Source: Nitrosopumilus maritimus SCM1 (GTDB lineage Archaea; Thermoproteota; Nitrososphaeria; Nitrososphaerales; Nitrosopumilaceae). Taken from it: 32,000 bases of DNA. The position numbers were made by a program, and so were the translations under genes. The DNA lies in the NCBI RefSeq assembly GCF_000018465.1, contig NC_010085.1, positions 1,260,001-1,292,000 on the forward strand, read 5' to 3'. Position 1 is the stretch's first letter. Every line of letters starts with the position of its first letter. The notes beneath the pieces are model-generated. The model did no database searches. It had not been told where the DNA came from and saw only the letters and a program-made list of their open reading frames with translations. Positions 15,245 through 21,979 of the stretch are shown in pieces.

Positions 15245-15905
15245 TCCATCATTTTTCTGGATAAAATCTGAAGGCCAGCAAAAATTAGCTACTGAAAATT
15301 TAGTTCCGGGTAATCAGGTGTATAAAGAAAAACTAATCATCAAAAAAGGAATAGAATACAGACTATGGGATCCTTTTAGAAGTAAATTAGCAGCTGCGAT
15401 AATGAATGAGTTAGAAGATTTTCCTTTTGAAAATAAAACTAAAGTGTTGTATCTAGGGGCATCAACTGGAACAACTGTTAGTCACATTTCAGATATTGTA
15501 GGACCAAGCGGAATTGTATTTGCAGTAGAGCATGCAAGTAGAGTTGCAAGGGATTTTCTAGACAGAGTTGCAGCATACAGAAAAAATATTATGCCAATTC
15601 TTCAAGATGCACGAAAACCAAAAGAGTATTTTTCAGTATTTGGTAAAGTAGACGTAGTCTACGTAGATATTGCACAACCTGATCAGACAGAAATTGCAAT
15701 AGATAATTGTGAAATGTTTCTAAAAAAAGATGGATATTTCTTTCTAGTAATTAAAACAAGAAGTATTGATGTAACAAAGTCACCAAAAAAGATTGTAGAG
15801 GAAGAGACACAAAAACTGAAAGCAAAATTTGAAATATTACAGACAATAGATTTGCATCCATATGACAAAGATCATGCTATAGTTATCGCAAAATTCAGTG
15901 GTTAG
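15189..15905 (+). CDS. flpA: fibrillarin (rRNA/tRNA 2'-O-methyltransferase)
   Basis: Contains LATENLVPGNQVYKEKLI, RLWDPFRSKLAAAI, LYLGASTGTTVSHISD and KDHAIV. The start is uncertain. ATG at 15189 gives a 56-nt overlap with nop5 and an N-terminus (..QIKIK..) resembling other archaeal fibrillarins. TTG at 15231 gives a 14-nt overlap. The track ORF starting at 14892 is an out-of-frame read-through of nop5. Confidence 0.9.
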   Translation: MTDQVQIKIKRENSLEEDNPSFFWIKSEGQQKLATENLVPGNQVYKEKLIIKKGIEYRLWDPFRSKLAAAIMNELEDFPFENKTKVLYLGASTGTTVSHISDIVGPSGIVFAVEHASRVARDFLDRVAAYRKNIMPILQDARKPKEYFSVFGKVDVVYVDIAQPDQTEIAIDNCEMFLKKDGYFFLVIKTRSIDVTKSPKKIVEEETQKLKAKFEILQTIDLHPYDKDHAIVIAKFSG

Positions 15906-16540
15906 CCATTTAGAATTTTTTGAACAGGTTTCCAGCTCTTGCGTACAAATGTAGGGAGAGATTTGCTGGTTTTGTAGTATCTAGTCACAAATTTGACCGT
16001 TTTAGAGTCAGAAGGATACCCACTTCCAAGATCATAGGTTTTTCGTAGTTTTTCAATTGCCCTATCACGCGTAACTTTAGCAATAATTGAGGCTGCAGAA
16101 ACTACTACAAATCGACTATCTGCATGATGATAGGATTTGATTTTATGATTATCAGATAGTTTTGATATTTCTTTTCCAAATCTTTTAGGATTTACATCAC
16201 AAGAATCAACATAGGATGTATCAGGATCTAGTTTTAAAACAACTTTTGCCATGTATTTTGCTTCAAGTTCATTCAAACCGTGTTTTTTCACACTTGCATC
16301 AATAGATCTTGGGGTAATTTTTGCAATGTAATAATCATCAACTAATTCAATAATTTGTTTGTAAAGTAGCTCTCTGCTTTTTGGAGAAAGTTTCTTTGAA
16401 TCCTTTACTCCTAATGAAGAAAGTTTTCTCAAGTTTTTTTTATTAATAGAAATTCCAGAAATTACTAGTGGACCAAGCATAGAACCACGTCCTGCATCAT
16501 CAACTCCACAAATTTGCACGAATTTTGTCTTAAAACACAA
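15902..16540 (-). CDS. rnhB: ribonuclease HII
   Basis: Contains ICGVDDAGRGSMLGPLV (DDAGRG where DEAGRG is usual), SASIIAK and GSGYPSD. The start is TTG at 16540 or GTG at 16519. Confidence 0.9.
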   Translation of the reverse strand: MCFKTKFVQICGVDDAGRGSMLGPLVISGISINKKNLRKLSSLGVKDSKKLSPKSRELLYKQIIELVDDYYIAKITPRSIDASVKKHGLNELEAKYMAKVVLKLDPDTSYVDSCDVNPKRFGKEISKLSDNHKIKSYHHADSRFVVVSAASIIAKVTRDRAIEKLRKTYDLGSGYPSDSKTVKFVTRYYKTSKSLPTFVRKSWKPVQKILNG

Positions 16541-16579
16541 GTATTAAACCGTTATAGGTTTTGAAAAAATAGAAGGCAG

Positions 16580-17728
16580 TTGGAAATACCAAATGAATCA
16601 CTTCAAGAAATTGTTGAAGGAAAGACAAAATTGTTAGTTCCAAAAGGATCAATTACAGAAAAAGTTCCACCAAAAGAACCAGCATTTTTTAATCCAAAAG
16701 CAAGGTTGAATAGAGATTTTTCAATTATTGCATATGCAGCGTTTTTAAAAAATTTTCAAGGTCCAAAAATTTTCTTGGAAGGATTATCAGGTATTGGTGC
16801 TAGGGGATTACGAGTTGCAAATGAATTAAAAATTGATAATTTGGTAATCAACGATCTTAATCCAACTGCATTGAAGATGGCTGAATATTCAGCAAAACTC
16901 AATGAAATCAAAAATGTAGAATTTTTGGAAAAAGAGGTGTGTAGATTTTTTAGTAATTTTTCAAAAAAAGGTGAAAGAGGTTCGATTGTAGATATAGACC
17001 CATTTGGCTCTCCTGCGGCATTTTTTGACTGTGGGATCAGGGCAACCATGCATGGAGGGATTTTATCAGTTGCAGCCACAGATTTGCAGGTGCTAAATGG
17101 ACTTTTCCAGAGTGCCTGCAAGAGAAAATACGGAGGGGTTCCAGTCAGAGCTGAATACGGAAATGAGATTGCAATTAGATTGGTGCTTGGATGTCTGAGA
17201 ATGGTAGCAGCAAGATTAGGAGTAGAAGTGGAACCCATGTTTGTTGAAAGTGACATGCACTACTATAGAACATATGTCAAAGTTCGAAACAGACCTGATC
17301 AAGATGAAAACATTGGATATATTTTACATTGCAAAAATTGTGGGCATCGAGAAATGGCGTTAGAACAAAAACAAGAATGCAAATTATGTAAATCAAAAAT
17401 CAGCATTGCAGGTCCATTATGGATTGGAAAAATTTTTGATAAAAAATTCATTGAAAATATGTTAATCCAGATTCCAAATTTAGAAGTGGATAAAGTTTGT
17501 GAAAAAACACTAAACAAATGTATGCTAGAGGCAGAGATGCCAGGAATGTATTACACATTAGATGAAATTGCAAAAAAGATGAAATCATCTCCACCAAAAT
17601 TAGAAGATGTTATTGAAAACTTAAAAAAAAATAAGTTCGTAGCTAGTATAACATCATTTAGTCCGACAGGATTTAGAACTAATGCAAACATTAACGAGAT
17701 AACAAAAATTTTTGAGACTATCCAATAA
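16580..17728 (+). CDS. trm1: tRNA (guanine26-N2)-dimethyltransferase Trm1
   Basis: Contains FFNPKARLNRDFS, LSGIGARGLR, IDPFGSP and a Cys4 insert (CKNCGH...CKLCKSK). TTG start with no nearby in-frame ATG. Confidence 0.9.
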   Translation: MEIPNESLQEIVEGKTKLLVPKGSITEKVPPKEPAFFNPKARLNRDFSIIAYAAFLKNFQGPKIFLEGLSGIGARGLRVANELKIDNLVINDLNPTALKMAEYSAKLNEIKNVEFLEKEVCRFFSNFSKKGERGSIVDIDPFGSPAAFFDCGIRATMHGGILSVAATDLQVLNGLFQSACKRKYGGVPVRAEYGNEIAIRLVLGCLRMVAARLGVEVEPMFVESDMHYYRTYVKVRNRPDQDENIGYILHCKNCGHREMALEQKQECKLCKSKISIAGPLWIGKIFDKKFIENMLIQIPNLEVDKVCEKTLNKCMLEAEMPGMYYTLDEIAKKMKSSPPKLEDVIENLKKNKFVASITSFSPTGFRTNANINEITKIFETIQ

Positions 17729-18311
17729 AACCTAAACAGACATAATATAACTCACTACTTTGCTTTCTGCTAGCTTTAGGTTTTGTGAGGTTTATTCTTG
17801 CAAATTTTTTCTTTACATAATCTCTAAACTCCATAGAATATTCACCATCAAAGACCTTGAATACAGCATTACCTTTGTGTGCTAGTACTTTATCCATGAT
17901 TTTGGTGCAATCATAATTTAGAGAAATTTGTTTTGCATGATCAACAGACCAATTTCCACTAACTTTGGGGGAAAGATCACAAATCACAGCATTAACTTTA
18001 CGCTCAAAATAGTTCATTACATCATCAACCACATTCTCATCTTCAATATCACCTCTCAAAATTTCTGCTCCTGGAATTTCCTCAACATAAGACAAGTCAA
18101 TCCCCATAACTTTGCCCTGGTTTCCTGCTAGCTTGATTGCCATCTGGGTCCAGCCACCAGGAGCACAGCCAAGGTCAAGAACGTAAAAACCAGGACCGAT
18201 AATTCGATAAGACTGATTTAGTTCTTTGAGTTTGTATGCAGCTCTGCTTCGAAAACCTTGCTCATGTGCTAATTTTCGATAGTGATCTTTTCGTGCATCT
18301 AATAGTTTCAT
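17718..18311 (-). CDS. rlmE: 23S rRNA 2'-O-ribose methyltransferase RlmE/FtsJ
   Basis: Contains RSRAAYKLKEL, DLGCAPGGWTQ and DLSPK. An ATGA overlap with the upstream gene suggests co-translation. Confidence 0.85.
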   Translation of the reverse strand: MKLLDARKDHYRKLAHEQGFRSRAAYKLKELNQSYRIIGPGFYVLDLGCAPGGWTQMAIKLAGNQGKVMGIDLSYVEEIPGAEILRGDIEDENVVDDVMNYFERKVNAVICDLSPKVSGNWSVDHAKQISLNYDCTKIMDKVLAHKGNAVFKVFDGEYSMEFRDYVKKKFARINLTKPKASRKQSSELYYVCLGFIG

Positions 18312-19186
18312 TTGGCCTTCGCAGGTTTTTTCATCTCAGCAATTACCCAATCTTCAATGAATTGGCAGTTTCTAGGACTGATTTCACCTTCAAGTGAGCA
18401 TTTCTGTTCAACAGGACAAACCAAGCAGGGAGAATTTTCAATTGACTGTGTACTAATTGGAGTTTTCTTTAAAATTAATTTGTATGTCCAACGATTCTTT
18501 TCAAGCATTTTTTCTCTAGTGATAAAACCAATTCTTTCAAGTTTTAATGACAGACGGGAACCATCACGACTTGTAAGTTTGAGTTTCTTCCACAATTCAC
18601 TTTGAAACATTCCTTCTGATTCACGTTCAGCCAAAATATCACAGACTTTGTTTGTGAGTCTTTCCATGTCTACTTTTTCTATTTGGAAATTTTCAATTTC
18701 TTCATCAGATAATTGCTCTTCTAATTCTTCCTCAGGGGTTAATTCTTCGATTCTTTTTTGCTCTTCTAATTCTTTTTTGGTTAATTTTTTAGGTTTTTCA
18801 GGTTTTGCTTCTGCTTTCTTTGTTGTTTTCTTTGTAGGTTTTGCTTCTGCTTTCTTTGTTGTTTTCTTTGTAGGTTTTGCTTCTGCTTTCTTTGTTGTTT
18901 TCTTTGTAGGTTTTGCTTCTGCTTTCTTTGTTGTTTTCTTTGTAGGTTTTGCTTCTGCTTTCTTTGTTGTTTTCTTTGTAGGTTTTGCTTCTGCTTTCTT
19001 TGTTGTTTTCTTTGTAGGTTTTGCTTCTGCTTTCTTTGTTGTTTTCTTTGTAGGTTTTGCTTCTGCTTTCTTTGTAGATTTTTTAGGTTTTGAATCTAGA
19101 ATCTCTGTTTTCTTTTTTAATGCATCAATTTCTGCTTTGATTTTCTTTGCTTCATCAACTAATTCTTCTTTTTTCTTTGCCATCAA
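18308..19186 (-). CDS. winged-helix + 4-Cys protein resembling TFE-beta / RPC34, with a Lys-rich tandem-repeat N-terminal extension
   Basis: The C-terminal SPCLVCPVEQKCSLEGEISPRNCQFIEDW (Cys254/257/263/274, nt 18365-18427) matches, from memory, the CxxCPV...C...ISPxxCxY..W Fe-S motif of RPC34/TFE-beta. It is preceded by a wHTH-like segment (SELWKKLKLTSRDGSRLSLKLERIGFITRE). The N-terminal ~165 aa consist of a coiled coil, KPTKKTTKKAEA x7 and an acidic linker. An ATG at 19183 directly follows the TTG at 19186. Confidence 0.55.
   Translation of the reverse strand: MMAKKKEELVDEAKKIKAEIDALKKKTEILDSKPKKSTKKAEAKPTKKTTKKAEAKPTKKTTKKAEAKPTKKTTKKAEAKPTKKTTKKAEAKPTKKTTKKAEAKPTKKTTKKAEAKPTKKTTKKAEAKPEKPKKLTKKELEEQKRIEELTPEEELEEQLSDEEIENFQIEKVDMERLTNKVCDILAERESEGMFQSELWKKLKLTSRDGSRLSLKLERIGFITREKMLEKNRWTYKLILKKTPISTQSIENSPCLVCPVEQKCSLEGEISPRNCQFIEDWVIAEMKKPAKAK
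18801..19075 (-). repeat. perfect 36-bp tandem repeat (plus strand ggttttgcttctgctttctttgttgttttctttgta), 7 full copies plus a 23-nt partial copy, in-frame
   Basis: Counted by hand. Units start at 18801, 18837, 18873, 18909, 18945, 18981 and 19017, all identical. The eighth unit (19053) diverges after 23 nt. Confidence 0.95.
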
Positions 19187-19232
19187 ATCACCTTTTTTTT
19201 AAATTTAATTTCATATTTTCCATATAGTATTC

Positions 19233-19709
19233 CTATTTAACAGTAAATTCTTCACTAGTAGAGATATTTTTTAGATCCTTTGAAATCATTTGTGCTACGA
19301 TTTTGTAGGAACCAGCAGTATCTATAACCTCAGAGAATTTGTCCCCAATTGGAATTAATGCATTTTTTTCAGCAAAACATTGTTCAAGAAATCCGCCTTG
19401 AGTTATCACATCTTCTCCAGAATAAATCGTGATGTATAGATCTCCACAATCAAAATGAGAATCAGAAACTTGGACAAATATCGCTACGGGTTCAGAAGTT
19501 GAGTATGATTTTGAGAGTCCAATTATTTCAATATCAGAACTATGGGCACTTACTCCAGAACCATGTGAGCCTCCTACAGTAGGTGCTGAAGGCATCATGT
19601 TTAATTCTCGTCCAGGCTCTTGCAAAATATCACCCATAACAGCAGAACCAAAAGCAATTGAGAAAATTACTGGTAAGACAAATACAACAAAAATTCTTTT
19701 TGATGCCAT
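19233..19709 (-). CDS. small secreted or membrane-anchored protein, single beta-sandwich-like domain
   Basis: The N-terminal MASKRIFVVFVLPVIFSIAFGSAVMG is signal-peptide or anchor-like. The C-terminal AGSYKIVAQ...EEFTVK resembles the terminal strands of the repeats in the 722-aa protein at 21980. Confidence 0.6.
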   Translation of the reverse strand: MASKRIFVVFVLPVIFSIAFGSAVMGDILQEPGRELNMMPSAPTVGGSHGSGVSAHSSDIEIIGLSKSYSTSEPVAIFVQVSDSHFDCGDLYITIYSGEDVITQGGFLEQCFAEKNALIPIGDKFSEVIDTAGSYKIVAQMISKDLKNISTSEEFTVK

Positions 19710-19812
19710 TTTGTTTTCAAATTACTGTTTCCCCTATATCTATTTAGCAAACCCTTTGACTTCAGATCAATTTGACGAATGAGTTAAATCGTAGCCGACT
19801 AAATATCGCTAG

Positions 19813-21906
19813 ATGCGACTTAGAAAATTCAGAGTTAGGGCATATCGTTGCATTCATGATTCTGGAGAAATTACAGTTGGAGACTTGGCAGCATTTATTG
19901 GAAGAAATGAAAGTGGTAAAACTACCATTCTTCAAGCACTGACCCTTCTAAATAGAGGCGAACAAGTTTCAGAGCTAGATCTTTGTGATGAAATGAGTGA
20001 TGAACTCAAAGAAGAGATTAGACTTGCAGAAGGAGAATTTGAATTAAATCAAAATGAGATGGAAATGGTAAAAGAGAAATTTCCAGGCCTTCCAGAAATG
20101 AAAAAAATTAGATTATTTAGGACAAATCAAAATCCCAAAGTGCAATACGAGTTTGACGATATTGAGCTTGGTGAAGAAGAGAATAAGGGACTTAATTCAT
20201 GGGAGAATTTTGCAAAACAGATTATAGAGTTTTTAGATACAATTCCAAATCATCTTAGAATTCAAGTAAACACATCATTCTTTGAAGGAGATGTTCCAAA
20301 CAGCCAAGAATCATTTGATAGAGGAATGGCAGAATTTAGCAATCAATTTCATGTTGTTGCAATGCAAGAACCAAAAGTAATTGAAGAATGGGAAAAGATC
20401 TATGAAAGTCCAGAAAGTCAATTTTCAAATTTACTCAGTGGAAAAAGCGAAAAAACAGCTCTACAAAATTTCATAGAATCAGAGTTACATCCAAGATTTG
20501 TTTATTTTTCAGATTATAAAAAAATCTACGGAAACATAAATCTCAATGAATACATGAGAGAAGAAAAGGGTGAAAGAGCAGATTCTATTGAATATGTTGA
20601 AGAGTTTGACAAGGCAGAAACGGTGAGAAATCTCTTCTATCTAGCAGAGCTGGACATGAATGAGTTAGAAGAAGTAAAAGAGAGCCCATCAAAATGTATC
20701 AAACTACTAAATGCTGCAAGCAACAGATTGACTAGTAAACTAAATCCTGCATGGAAAGGAGATCCAATTCATGTAGACTTGAGATATAATCCAGGAAATA
20801 TTATGAGTGTTGTAATTTCAGATGTACACAAAGATGGAACTGTAACAAATACAGGATTATTAAATAGAAGAGCAGAGGGTTTCAAATGGACGTTCTCTTT
20901 TATTGTAAACTTTGCAGCTGAAACACAAAGAGCAGAATTAAAAGAAGCAATTTTACTTTTAGATGAACCGGCAAGGAATCTTCATCCAACACAACAGATG
21001 GGAATATCGGATTTGTTAAAAAATCTGGCAGGTTCAAATCAAGTTTTGTATGCAACACACTCACCATTTATGATATTTGATTATACTCCAGGAAATTTGC
21101 TTGTTGTAGAATTAGACAAACGAAAACATCTAAGTCGAATATTTTATGATTATTGGAATGCAGATGATAAAACACTTACACCAATTTTGTATGGATTATC
21201 TAGAGGCCAAGTAGAATCAATAGTAGACAGAGAGATAGGAACAAACTCTAGACCAGTAATAATTGTAGAGACAATGTCAGATTCAATGTATCTAAATGCA
21301 TTTGACAAATTCTTACAAGATCCAAACATTTCAATGAATCCACTTAATGTTGTTGCAGCATATAACAAAAATTCAGTTTTGCCATTGGCAATATTTTATA
21401 GAAATCATGGATACAGAACCTTTATTCTATTAGACAATACTGAGGAATCCAAACAAATTTCAGCACAACTAGTTTCAAATGAGTTTTCACCAATTCAGAC
21501 AATTTTCTTTGAATTGGAAGGAAAAAAGCTTGAATCAATTGAAGATTATATTGTTCTTGAAGATTATCTACACCCAGTAAATCAGACTTATGAAATCAAG
21601 TTAAGGCGAGAAGGGTTTTCAAATCTTGCACCAGAAGATGTGTTATCAAAAGAGGGCAAAGGTAATTTAGAAAAATTAAAGAAAATTTGGCAAGAACACA
21701 GTGATGATGATTGGGGTCAATTCAACAATGAAGAGATTACCAGATACATTTGTGAAAAAATATCATTAGAAGAAACCAGCTTTCTGTCAGATAAAACTAA
21801 AGATCAATTCAGATCATTATACAGACTAATTGCAGAACGAATCAGACAATATCAAAATGTTAACGCAAAATCAGATTTAGATAAATTTCAAAAGGCCAAA
21901 GCTTAA
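19813..21906 (+). CDS. OLD-family / PARIS-like ABC ATPase with C-terminal TOPRIM-like (DUF4435-like) module; candidate defence nuclease
   Basis: Walker A GRNESGKTT (aa 30-38), signature-like RRAEGFKWTFSF (352-363), Walker B ILLLDEP (380-386), ATHSP (414-418). After these come PVIIVETMSD (481-490) and FILLDNTEE (537-545), arranged like the TOPRIM Glu and acidic motifs. Confidence 0.7.
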   Translation: MRLRKFRVRAYRCIHDSGEITVGDLAAFIGRNESGKTTILQALTLLNRGEQVSELDLCDEMSDELKEEIRLAEGEFELNQNEMEMVKEKFPGLPEMKKIRLFRTNQNPKVQYEFDDIELGEEENKGLNSWENFAKQIIEFLDTIPNHLRIQVNTSFFEGDVPNSQESFDRGMAEFSNQFHVVAMQEPKVIEEWEKIYESPESQFSNLLSGKSEKTALQNFIESELHPRFVYFSDYKKIYGNINLNEYMREEKGERADSIEYVEEFDKAETVRNLFYLAELDMNELEEVKESPSKCIKLLNAASNRLTSKLNPAWKGDPIHVDLRYNPGNIMSVVISDVHKDGTVTNTGLLNRRAEGFKWTFSFIVNFAAETQRAELKEAILLLDEPARNLHPTQQMGISDLLKNLAGSNQVLYATHSPFMIFDYTPGNLLVVELDKRKHLSRIFYDYWNADDKTLTPILYGLSRGQVESIVDREIGTNSRPVIIVETMSDSMYLNAFDKFLQDPNISMNPLNVVAAYNKNSVLPLAIFYRNHGYRTFILLDNTEESKQISAQLVSNEFSPIQTIFFELEGKKLESIEDYIVLEDYLHPVNQTYEIKLRREGFSNLAPEDVLSKEGKGNLEKLKKIWQEHSDDDWGQFNNEEITRYICEKISLEETSFLSDKTKDQFRSLYRLIAERIRQYQNVNAKSDLDKFQKAKA

Positions 21907-21979
21907 GAAGTTTGCTCATGAAAAATACTGAATTTAGAAATAGAAAAAGAGGAAAAAATCTTTAAGGTTTAAGTGAGAG

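Noticed and set aside
14863-15252. Minus-strand repeat ORFs (SSLRPPL)n at 14863..15252 and (CHLYVRL)n at 14997..15206.
   Set aside because: These are antisense shadows of the 21-bp repeat, which has no stop codons in 4 of 6 frames. There is no independent start context, and they lie fully within nop5 and fibrillarin.
16756-17256. 166-aa minus-strand ORF inside trm1, and similar antisense ORFs in the track. Examples: 819..1019, 1412..1681, 3392..3577, 4434..4643, 5588..6062, 6991..7197, 8868..9667, 10441..11546, 12026..12834, 13295..13477, 13752..13952, 15683..15868, 17299..17517, 17928..18131, 18312..18605, 19597..19782, 21150..21368, 22087..23871, 25899..26450, 29132..29317, 30148..30339, 31688..31891.
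   Set aside because: Each lies within or opposite a much longer ORF that has clear family motifs. Their sequences are low-complexity or Leu/Ser/Phe-rich, as expected for antisense frames in AT-rich DNA.
15012-19075. Whether the two tandem-repeat arrays could be CRISPR arrays.
   Set aside because: The units are contiguous with no spacers, their lengths are multiples of 3, and they are in-frame inside well-supported CDSs. No cas genes are present in the window.
18648-19202. Plus-strand 184-aa ORF with a (FFVVFFVGFASA)n repeat that looks like a repetitive membrane protein.
   Set aside because: It is antisense to the 36-bp repeat of the TFE-beta-like gene. Its hydrophobicity is the mirror image of Lys-rich coding (AAA/AAG versus TTT/CTT). 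It has no promoter or context of its own.
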